This document shows, one piece after another, positions 15,535 to 22,805 of a stretch of 38,576 bases of DNA. This DNA is from a virus. The notes under the pieces were generated by a model. It was not told the origin of the DNA. It saw only the letters and a program-made list of their open reading frames with translations, and ran no database searches. How positions within the stretch are numbered: the stretch's first letter is position 1; every line of letters begins with the position of its first letter. Both the position numbers and the translations under genes were made by a program. The DNA lies in the IMG/VR virus record IMGVR_UViG_3300045988_131186, positions 1 to 38,576 of that record, one strand, 5' to 3'.

Positions 15535-15540
15535 AATATT

Positions 15541-16641
15541 ATGGCGGAAAATAACGGAATCGCAAAAATGCCGGATTATCGCACTATCGTGCAGAAAACA
15601 GGGGCCGCATACATCCCATTGGTGGAGAAACAGATTTCCAATGGTGGCTCGGTGGACCTTTATCAACATCTATGCATGGAAAATGCGCTGACAATGATGC
15701 ATGAAACAGCCGTTGGAGCGGGCCTTGATGGAATCTCCGCGCTTCAAAAAAGTGAAATCATGCAAATTTTGCAGCAGGTGGCTACGCTCCGCTTGAACGC
15801 ATTTTCGAGACCGCGGGAATGTTATTTCCAGACGCGCAAGAAAAAGCAGCCGGATGGGAACTGGACAACCTCCATCGAAATGGGCATTGAGGGGGATGGC
15901 AACGACGTCATTCTGAGAAACTTTGGCCATGGCGTCGAAGAGGTATATCCATACTGGGATGTTCATGTAGATGATGAATTTACTTACCCCGTACACCACG
16001 GAATCGACGTAGAGCCGCCCACCTGGAAACGCTGCGGCACTGGAAAATATGCCCGCGTCGTCTATCCTGTACGCTTCACGGACGGCACCGTGCGCTATTT
16101 CATCAGTGAGCGCGCCGAAGTCCGTGCGAACTTGGTCGCCCATATCAACAACAACATGATGAACGAAACCTTCGGCATTGCAGAAAGCCGTTACAAGGCC
16201 ACGCTACAGCAGAAACAGCAAATTGATGCGCGTAAGTCCGAGCTGAAAGCTCTGATGGATGGAAAGGACATCGACGAGATCCTCGACATTCCTGAACTGA
16301 AGCCATACATTTCCCCCGCTTGGATGGAAGGGAGCCGTGAGCGGATGATTTTGCGCAAAATGCGCAACAATGCGGTCAAGCCTATCCCGAAGGATTTTGC
16401 AAATGAACTTTCCTTGTCCGCCTACTACAAAAGCATGGCGGTATCGGAATCCGACAACACCATCGACGCCGAATATCGTGAAATTCCTGATATGGATGCT
16501 CTCCCATCCGGCCCGCAGGAAGTAGAAATGCCGCCTGCGGCACCGCCCCGCTCCGAGCCTGCACCTGCACCAGTGGAGCCAACCAGCAAAGTAGAGCAGG
16601 CGGCCCCGGCGGCTCCGCCCGTTACCGCCGCTCCGTTTTAA
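15541..16641 (+). CDS. Putative single-strand annealing protein (RecT-like), with a Pro/Ala-rich C-terminus
   Basis: 366 aa. Assigned from its position between the Rad50-like ATPase and an MBL nuclease, and from a loose RecT-like core (CYFQTRKKK...IEMGIEGDG...VHVDDEF). The coding call is solid; the family call is tentative. Confidence 0.5.
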   Translation: MAENNGIAKMPDYRTIVQKTGAAYIPLVEKQISNGGSVDLYQHLCMENALTMMHETAVGAGLDGISALQKSEIMQILQQVATLRLNAFSRPRECYFQTRKKKQPDGNWTTSIEMGIEGDGNDVILRNFGHGVEEVYPYWDVHVDDEFTYPVHHGIDVEPPTWKRCGTGKYARVVYPVRFTDGTVRYFISERAEVRANLVAHINNNMMNETFGIAESRYKATLQQKQQIDARKSELKALMDGKDIDEILDIPELKPYISPAWMEGSRERMILRKMRNNAVKPIPKDFANELSLSAYYKSMAVSESDNTIDAEYREIPDMDALPSGPQEVEMPPAAPPRSEPAPAPVEPTSKVEQAAPAAPPVTAAPF

Positions 16642-16653
16642 CGGTGAGGCTGT

Positions 16654-17355
16654 ATGGAAATAAAGACACTGGCCAGCGGTAGCACAGGCAATGCATATCT
16701 GGTGGGCGATGGAACCACCACACTCCTGTTGGAATGCGGTATCTCAATGCGTGAGCTGATGCGACGGAGCCGCTTCACACTCTCCCGGGTAGACGCCTGT
16801 CTCATCACACACGAGCATGGCGACCATGCACGGGCGGTTCACGACGTGATGGCACGCGGCATCCCGGTTTACTGCAGCGAGGGGACGGCCGGATTCTTAG
16901 GAATACATGAAAGCGCTGGGTATCATCGGGTGCAGCACGGACAGCGGGTTGACATTGGGACATTTGCCGTGCTCCCAATGTCGACATACCACGATGTCGC
17001 AGAGCCGTTAGGGTGGTTATTGGAATCCATTCGCACCGGTGAGCGCCTAGTATTTTTGACAGATACGAGCCGCGCCGAAGATACTTTTCCGCCGCTTGAC
17101 CACATTCTGATTGAATGCAACCACATGGGAGCCGAAAGCATGGCGGATACCAACGCATATCAGGCACAGCGCATAATCGACAACCACCTGAGTTTACAGG
17201 AGTGTATCGCTTTTCTGACACACCAGAACTTGAGCCGCGTGAAAGACATCCGATTGCTCCATATAAGTCGTAGGCACGGCGACCCCGACGCTATGCGCCG
17301 GGCCGTCGCCGCGGCCACCGGAAAAAGAATCATCATTGCAGAGGAGGAAATATAA
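16654..17355 (+). CDS. Metallo-beta-lactamase-fold hydrolase (putative recombination nuclease)
   Basis: 233 aa. Canonical HxHxDH motif THEHGDH and downstream His/Asp ligands. Confidence 0.85.
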   Translation: MEIKTLASGSTGNAYLVGDGTTTLLLECGISMRELMRRSRFTLSRVDACLITHEHGDHARAVHDVMARGIPVYCSEGTAGFLGIHESAGYHRVQHGQRVDIGTFAVLPMSTYHDVAEPLGWLLESIRTGERLVFLTDTSRAEDTFPPLDHILIECNHMGAESMADTNAYQAQRIIDNHLSLQECIAFLTHQNLSRVKDIRLLHISRRHGDPDAMRRAVAAATGKRIIIAEEEI

Positions 17356-17356
17356 T

Positions 17357-17896
17357 ATGGCATACATTGAGCACGATCAGTTGGACGCCCAACTGAAAAA
17401 ATTAGAGAATGTCTGCGCCGAAAATGGGTTTACGTATAAATTTCTTCGGGACAAGTATCCCGTAAGAATCATCATTAGCCCAGATACCAGCATGGATGGG
17501 CAAATCAGCATGCTGGATAATCCCGTGGGATACAATTCACGCGATTGCTCGATTTCGTTTGTTTTTAACGATGGCGACCTTACAGAGGATTTCGGGAAAG
17601 GCGGCGGTCTTGTTATAAAAGACAGTCTCCTTATGAGTTTTCGGAGGATTTGCAAAAAAATAAGCGCACTCTGGATGAAGGTAGTGTTTATCAATTTGTC
17701 GGAATCAAAAAAGTTAGCGAATAAAATGCAAGGCGGCGGCACGAATGACAGCATCGCGCAGGACCCCGAATTTGAGGCCATAGGAGACGGGGAAATTCTT
17801 GCCGATGAGAATGTCGAAGCCGATGGAAACAGCGCTCCTACGGCCGCACAGGCGGATGCATCGGACGATTCCGCCAGCGGCAACGATAACGAGTAA
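17357..17896 (+). CDS. Hypothetical protein with a strongly acidic C-terminal tail
   Basis: 179 aa from ATG 17357 (RBS gaggagg). Visibly AT-richer than its neighbours. C-terminus EADGNSAPTAAQADASDDSASGNDNE. Confidence 0.6.
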   Translation: MAYIEHDQLDAQLKKLENVCAENGFTYKFLRDKYPVRIIISPDTSMDGQISMLDNPVGYNSRDCSISFVFNDGDLTEDFGKGGGLVIKDSLLMSFRRICKKISALWMKVVFINLSESKKLANKMQGGGTNDSIAQDPEFEAIGDGEILADENVEADGNSAPTAAQADASDDSASGNDNE

Positions 17897-17910
17897 AGCG
17901 AGGACGAACA

Positions 17911-18600
17911 ATGCCGGACGACGCCGAAAAATCAAAATACATCCCGATGTATTATTCGTACATCGAGCAGCTTGGGCTGCTGTCTCTGGAACAGGTCGGC
18001 GCTCTGGTTATGGCGCTGCTGGTGTATGGCCGCGATGGTACTCAGCCCGATTTCCCAAAGGATGGGAACGTATATATGGCATTTTCTTTTATCGCAGACA
18101 ATTCGATGCGCGCTGAAATCCGCCGGCAGGAAATTGTTGAAAAGCGCCGGGAGGCCGGACGCATCAGAGCTGCATCCGCAGAAAAAGACGAAAGCGGACG
18201 CTTTGTCCAGCAAAAAGCCAGCAAAAAACCAGCACTTTCCAGCAAATCCAGCACCGACCAGCAAATCCAGCTATACAAAGACAAATACAATAACAAAGAC
18301 AATAACAATAACAATCGTCGTATACGCGCGCACGCGCACGCATACGCGAACGACGACGGATTCGACGATGGTTGGTCAGAGAGAGAACGGGAGATCGTCG
18401 CCTTTTGCCGTGAGGTGGTGAAGGACATAAAGCCCGAGCAGGAACGAAAGGTCCTTGCTGCCGCCGATGGTATGGAGCTGGGAATGGTCCTGGACGCTAT
18501 ATCCATCGCCTACGAAAAAGGATGCAGTTCTCCCGATTACATCGTGAGCAGCATTGAATCGCAGCGTCACCAGCCTGATCGCCGCCCCGGAAAGATATAA
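17911..18600 (+). CDS. Putative replisome organiser / replication initiation protein (DUF4373/DnaD-like N-terminus)
   Basis: 229 aa. The N-terminus YIPMYYSYIEQLGLLSLEQVGALVMALLVYGRDG...AFSFIADNSMRAEIRR is typical of phage replisome-organiser N-domains (recalled). The central part is a low-complexity linker. Confidence 0.55.
   Translation: MPDDAEKSKYIPMYYSYIEQLGLLSLEQVGALVMALLVYGRDGTQPDFPKDGNVYMAFSFIADNSMRAEIRRQEIVEKRREAGRIRAASAEKDESGRFVQQKASKKPALSSKSSTDQQIQLYKDKYNNKDNNNNNRRIRAHAHAYANDDGFDDGWSEREREIVAFCREVVKDIKPEQERKVLAAADGMELGMVLDAISIAYEKGCSSPDYIVSSIESQRHQPDRRPGKI
18207..18272 (+). repeat. Iteron-like array: seven CCAGCA/CCAGCT motifs phased at 9-11 bp (candidate origin)
   Basis: Motif starts at 18207, 18218, 18229, 18239, 18248, 18258 and 18267. 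It is followed by an A/T-rich run (18272-18315) and an alternating purine-pyrimidine tract cgcgcgcacgcgcacgcatacgcg (18325-18348). Confidence 0.55.
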
Positions 18601-18651
18601 TACAGCGCCCGCCCGGCCAACCACCGGGCGGGTATCGTCAAGGAGGACAGT

Positions 18652-19110
18652 ATGGAAAGAGTAATTTTTGAGGTCCCGGGAAAACCACAGGGCAAAGGGC
18701 GCCCCCGGGCCAGTGTTGTGGGCGGACATGCCCGCATGTACACCCCCGCCGGCACGGCTTCGTATGAAAACAAAATCATGCTCTGTTACCAGCAGAGACA
18801 TGCCGGTGTTCGCTTCGTGCCGCCGATTATCTTGGAGGTAAATGCATATTTTGCAATACCCAAATCCTATCCGAAGAAAAAGGCTGCATTGTGTAGCCAG
18901 AATATCCTCCGTCCCACATGTAAGCCGGACATGGATAATATCGTGAAAGCTGTAGCCGATGCATTGAACGGTGTAGCCTACCGCGACGACAGTGCCATCG
19001 TAGAGCTGCGCGTGGCTAAGCGGTACGGAAGTCCGGAGCGTCTTGTGGTGCGTGTATCAGGGGATCTCGAACCAGAGGAGGAAGTAGTGGAGGGCGTACA
19101 GCATGAGTGA
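18652..19110 (+). CDS. rusA: RusA-family Holliday junction resolvase
   Basis: 152 aa. RBS aaggagg. Family motifs PGKPQGKGRPR and KPDMDNIVKAVADALNGVAYRDDSAIVEL. Confidence 0.9.
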   Translation: MERVIFEVPGKPQGKGRPRASVVGGHARMYTPAGTASYENKIMLCYQQRHAGVRFVPPIILEVNAYFAIPKSYPKKKAALCSQNILRPTCKPDMDNIVKAVADALNGVAYRDDSAIVELRVAKRYGSPERLVVRVSGDLEPEEEVVEGVQHE

Positions 19111-19282
19111 ATTTGAACGGCAGATTTATGCAGATATGAAATCTACAGACCGTGTCTCGCTCTGGGTGGCTAAGTGCATGGAGCTTGCAGAATTTTCATG
19201 CATCTTAACGGATGAAGATATTGATGGAATTGCTATGGTATACAAAACGATGCGAAAGAAGGATGACCCATGCAAATCTTGA
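19103..19282 (+). CDS. Small hypothetical protein (59 aa; below the ORF-track cut-off)
   Basis: I translated it by hand: MSEFERQIYADMKSTDRVSLWVAKCMELAEFSCILTDEDIDGIAMVYKTMRKKDDPCKS. The start overlaps the rusA stop (ATGAGTGA). Confidence 0.4.
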   Translation: MSEFERQIYADMKSTDRVSLWVAKCMELAEFSCILTDEDIDGIAMVYKTMRKKDDPCKS

Positions 19283-19362
19283 TAAATCTGGCGGTCTTGG
19301 CCGTCGCACTGGCGGTTGTGGCCACGCTGGCCTGCATTGCCGCGGGGAGGGATGGGCGATGA
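19270..19362 (+). CDS. Possible 30-aa single-TM peptide
   Basis: Hand translation MQILINLAVLAVALAVVATLACIAAGRDGR. It overlaps both neighbours; its stop and the next start form ATGA. Confidence 0.3.
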   Translation: MQILINLAVLAVALAVVATLACIAAGRDGR

Positions 19363-19610
19363 AATCCGTTCGCCCGCTGGCGGTTCCACCGGTTGCGTAT
19401 ATAGAAAATGCAACTGCAGATGCTGTTGTAGATGTGGTTTATCCAGCGATGACATATCGCAAAGGGTACACAGAGTTCAAGGCCGATAATTTACCACGTC
19501 AGGGCCGTGTGGAGTATATATCGCCACGTGGGTGGGCCACTCTGATGCTGCTCTCAAATGCGGATACTCGGCCGCTATACCGGGAATCATTCTGGATACT
19601 GAAAAGATAG
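19359..19610 (+). CDS. Hypothetical protein
   Basis: 83 aa from the internal ATG of track ORF 19212-19610. The upstream part of that ORF is Gly/Arg-rich and overlaps the two small genes. Confidence 0.5.
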   Translation: MKSVRPLAVPPVAYIENATADAVVDVVYPAMTYRKGYTEFKADNLPRQGRVEYISPRGWATLMLLSNADTRPLYRESFWILKR

Positions 19611-19658
19611 CACGAGGAGGCGAAAATCACGGAGGCTGAGGAGAAAAAAGAGCGGCTG

Positions 19659-20069
19659 ATGAAATATTTGTCGCTGAAAAAAGAAAACGAAAACCGCCGT
19701 GAACGCCTGGCACGGATGAAAGCCGGAGCTGAGATCCCAGCAGCGCGAGAATACGATGGAAGTCAGCATACAGGGGGCGGCGGTAGCCATATAGCTGTGG
19801 CGGTAGAACGATACATAGAGTACGAGAAAGAAATTCGCCCGATTATTGCCGAAAATGAGAAGGAAATCTTTATACTCAAGAACGCTGTGCATGCTTTGAA
19901 AGATCCTCTGGAACGTGAGGTTGTACGATTGCGGTACATGGACGGAGATCATTGCAGGCCCACTCCATGGCGAGAGGTTGCATGGGGGATGTACCAAGAA
20001 GCGGATGACGCGGCAGTTTATCGAGCGAAAAGAATACACGATAGAGCGATTTCTCATATTGCCCTATAA
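19659..20069 (+). CDS. Putative late-gene transcriptional regulator (sigma-70 region-4-like / RinA-ArpU-type)
   Basis: 136 aa. The region-4-like motif LEREVVRLRYMDG...W.EVA...A.YRAKRIHDRAISHIA, and its position just upstream of the packaging genes. Confidence 0.5.
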   Translation: MKYLSLKKENENRRERLARMKAGAEIPAAREYDGSQHTGGGGSHIAVAVERYIEYEKEIRPIIAENEKEIFILKNAVHALKDPLEREVVRLRYMDGDHCRPTPWREVAWGMYQEADDAAVYRAKRIHDRAISHIAL

Positions 20070-20086
20070 CGCCCTATTTTGCATTA

Positions 20087-20115
20087 TTCACATTGCAAGC
20101 TTGCTGGTGTATGAT
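20087..20115 (+). promoter_or_regulatory. Candidate promoter (TTCACA-17 nt-TATGAT)
   Basis: Each hexamer matches consensus at 5 of 6 positions, with a 17-nt spacer, in the gap after the regulator gene. Confidence 0.4.
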
Positions 20116-20167
20116 GAAAATGTCGAAAAGCGAGACGAAAGCCGAGCGATTCGCAGGAATTTCGCAA

Positions 20168-20194
20168 GGGCTGCCTTCGGGCGGCCCTTTTGTT
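20168..20194 (+). terminator. Rho-independent terminator with a UUCG tetraloop
   Basis: gggctgcc-ttcg-ggcggccc followed by ttttgtt. It lies inside the 5' extension of track ORF 20093-20950, which argues for the downstream GTG start of the methylase. Confidence 0.7.
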
Positions 20195-20227
20195 ATGGTC
20201 ACGGTCGCTTTGCGAAAGGAGCGCAAA

Positions 20228-20950
20228 GTGGATTACAAAAATCAAATATTCAATATGGATTGCATTGCTGGAATGACGCTACTTCCAGACGGATGTGTAG
20301 ACATGGTATTAACAGACTTGCCATATGGTATGACGGACTGCAGATGGGACAGCATTATTCCGTTTGATCTCCTCTGGAAGCAACTTGAGCGCGTTACAAA
20401 GCCAGACGGAGCAATGGTGTTTACTGCATCGCAGCCGTTCACTACAAAGTTGATTGGCAGTAACCAGAAGAATTTTCGATACTGTTGGTATTGGGTGAAA
20501 AATATGGTGACAGGGTTTCCTTTCGCCAAGTTTCAACCACTGCGCTGCGTAGAGGATATTGTGATTTTCTACCGCAAAAAACCTACATATAATCCGCAAG
20601 GATTGGTTGCGACAGAAAAACCGATTCATACAAAACCACGCGCAGTAAAAGACGATTGTGTGTACGACCAGAAGACTTTAAATAAAGAATACGAAACAAA
20701 ATACACCAATTGGCCCTGGCAGATTCTCACGTTTTCGTGCCAACGTGAAGGACTTCATCCAACGCAAAAACCGGTAGCATTGTTTGAATATCTGGTGCGG
20801 ACTTATACAAATCCGAAGCAGCTTGTACTAGACTGTTGCATCGGAAGTGGTACAACAGCTATCGCATGCCGCAATTCTGACCGTGATTTTGTAGGATTTG
20901 AGATTGATAAAGCTCATTTTGAAACGGCACTTGAAAGGCTGAAAAGATAG
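20228..20950 (+). CDS. Orphan DNA methyltransferase (N6A/N4C, beta-class motif order, PF01555-like)
   Basis: 240 aa from GTG 20228 (RBS aaaggag, 6 nt upstream); the ORF track extends to 20093. Motif IV-like TDLPYG is N-terminal, the AdoMet motif VLDCCIGSGTTAIAC is C-terminal, and HPTQKP is present. No adjacent nuclease. AT-richer than its neighbours. Confidence 0.85.
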   Translation: MDYKNQIFNMDCIAGMTLLPDGCVDMVLTDLPYGMTDCRWDSIIPFDLLWKQLERVTKPDGAMVFTASQPFTTKLIGSNQKNFRYCWYWVKNMVTGFPFAKFQPLRCVEDIVIFYRKKPTYNPQGLVATEKPIHTKPRAVKDDCVYDQKTLNKEYETKYTNWPWQILTFSCQREGLHPTQKPVALFEYLVRTYTNPKQLVLDCCIGSGTTAIACRNSDRDFVGFEIDKAHFETALERLKR

Positions 20951-20968
20951 AAGAAAGGGGCGGCAATA

Positions 20969-21379
20969 ATGCCATGTATCCGAGATCCTGCTGTGCAGCA
21001 GGCCATCGCAGATGCCTACATCGAAAATGGTGGAAACAAGGAGCAGGCCGTTATTGCCGCCGGTTATTCCGAGCGGTATGCCCGGGGAAATGCGTCAAAA
21101 TTAGTGGCAATTAGTGGCGTTCAGGAAAAAATCAGCGCTAGAAATCGGGAGCTGGAGCAATCGCGTATTGCAGACATGGCAGAGATCAACAGTTTCTGGA
21201 GCGATACGATGCGCAATGCTAAATATGATATTAAGGACCGCCTAAAAGCATCCGAGCTTCGCGCCCGGGCCGCAGGCGGTTTTGTTGATAAAGGGGAGCA
21301 CAGCATCGAGTTGAAAGTAAAAAATCCATTTGCAGAGTTGACAACGGAGGAGCTGCGGAGGCTTGCGGGGGATGAATAG
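20969..21379 (+). CDS. terS: Terminase small subunit (Terminase_2/P27-like)
   Basis: 136 aa. Motifs NKEQAVIAAGYSERYARGNASKL and DRLKASELRARAAGGF are typical of this family. Lies immediately upstream of TerL. Confidence 0.8.
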   Translation: MPCIRDPAVQQAIADAYIENGGNKEQAVIAAGYSERYARGNASKLVAISGVQEKISARNRELEQSRIADMAEINSFWSDTMRNAKYDIKDRLKASELRARAAGGFVDKGEHSIELKVKNPFAELTTEELRRLAGDE

Positions 21380-22790
21380 ACAGGAAATTGCAATGCATGC
21401 GCGCATCGAACTGGCACGGCGCTGCTTTTGGGATTACTGCCGGCTGCGTGCCGGAGACTTCTATAAGCCGGACCGCCCGCATCTGGTGCGCCTGTGCAAT
21501 GAGCTGCAAGGCTTTTCGGAGAGCAATGAAAAAGTGATGATTGTATGCGAGCCACCGAGGCACGGAAAAAGCCGTACCGCCGGACTGTTCACGGAATGGC
21601 TGTTCGGCCGCGATAATACCGTGAAAGTAATGACTGGCAGCTACAACGAAAACCTTTCCTCTACGTTCTCCAAGGGCGTGCGCAACGGCATCAGCGAGCA
21701 GAAGGCAGACCCTGACGTTATAGTTTACAGCGATATCTTTCCGGAAACTCGTATCAAATACGGCGACGGCGCTACGAACCGCTGGGCACTGGAGGGGAAT
21801 CATTCGAGCTACCTTGCCACAAGCCCGAAGGGAACGGCAACGGGCTTCGGTGCGACGTGGCTCATCATCGACGACCTTATCAAACTGGCGGAAGAGGCAT
21901 TCAACGAGAACGTTCTGGAAGCCCATTGGAAGTGGTTCACTGACACCATGCTCTCCCGTTTGGAGGAGGGAGGGAAAATCCTCATCATCATGACGCGGTG
22001 GGCCAGCGGAGACTTGGCCGGGCGTGCGATGGAGCATTTTACAGGGGCCGGCGAAAAAGTCCGGATGCTGGTTGAAAAAGCACTGCAGGACGACGGCACT
22101 ATGCTGTGCCCCGAAATATTGAGCCGCGCAAGCTATGAAATGAAAGTGCGGCCCATGAGCCCGGAAATCGCGTCCGCAAACTATCAGCAGATTCCCATTG
22201 ACCTGCAGGGCAGGCTATACCAGTCTTTCAAAACATACACCACGCTTCCCTGTAAGCCGGATGGCAAGCCTATCCCGCTGCAAATACGCAACTACACCGA
22301 TACCGCCGACCAGGGCGAGGATTATCTGTGCAGCATCACATATGCGGACTACAACAACGAGGCGCTTGTGCTGGATGTGTACTTTACCAAGGCTGGGATG
22401 GAAGTGACCGAAGAAGAGACCTCGCGCAGGCTTGCGGAAACAGGGTGCCAGGTTGCACGCATCGAGAGCAACAACGGCGGCCGTGGATTTGCCCGCAATG
22501 TGGAGCGCATTCTGCGGGAAAAATATCGTTCAAACCGCTGCCGGATCGAATGGTTCCACCAGGGGGAGAACAAGACCGCGCGCATTCTGACGCATGCTAC
22601 CTGGGTGTGCGATCACATGTATTTCCCGGTCAACTGGAAAGACCGATGGCCCGAATTTTATACATCCATGTACAGATACCAGAAAGAGGGCAAAAACGCC
22701 CACGACGACGCACAGGACGCTGCTACGGGCGTCGCGGAGCAATTCAATAAACCAAGCGGCTGGGGGTTTTCTTCCGGCCGCATTGTGTAG
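21372..22790 (+). CDS. terL: Terminase large subunit
   Basis: 472 aa from ATG 21372; the ORF track gives a TTG at 21363. Walker A-like EPPRHGKS, Walker B WLIIDDL and a C-terminal RNase H-like nuclease region with conserved Asp residues (NAHDDAQDA). Confidence 0.9.
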   Translation: MNRQEIAMHARIELARRCFWDYCRLRAGDFYKPDRPHLVRLCNELQGFSESNEKVMIVCEPPRHGKSRTAGLFTEWLFGRDNTVKVMTGSYNENLSSTFSKGVRNGISEQKADPDVIVYSDIFPETRIKYGDGATNRWALEGNHSSYLATSPKGTATGFGATWLIIDDLIKLAEEAFNENVLEAHWKWFTDTMLSRLEEGGKILIIMTRWASGDLAGRAMEHFTGAGEKVRMLVEKALQDDGTMLCPEILSRASYEMKVRPMSPEIASANYQQIPIDLQGRLYQSFKTYTTLPCKPDGKPIPLQIRNYTDTADQGEDYLCSITYADYNNEALVLDVYFTKAGMEVTEEETSRRLAETGCQVARIESNNGGRGFARNVERILREKYRSNRCRIEWFHQGENKTARILTHATWVCDHMYFPVNWKDRWPEFYTSMYRYQKEGKNAHDDAQDAATGVAEQFNKPSGWGFSSGRIV

Positions 22791-22805
22791 CAGGAGGAAA
22801 GATGC

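Noticed and set aside
18321-18348. The alternating CG/CA tract as a simple-sequence contingency locus
   Set aside because: The tract is short, imperfect and in frame (it encodes RAHAHAYA). I treat it as part of the candidate origin region rather than a slippage switch.
20093-20227. The upstream ATG start for the methyltransferase (285-aa version)
   Set aside because: The extension would be translated through a strong terminator hairpin and has no RBS. GTG 20228 has aaaggag at optimal spacing and gives the usual N-terminus for this family.
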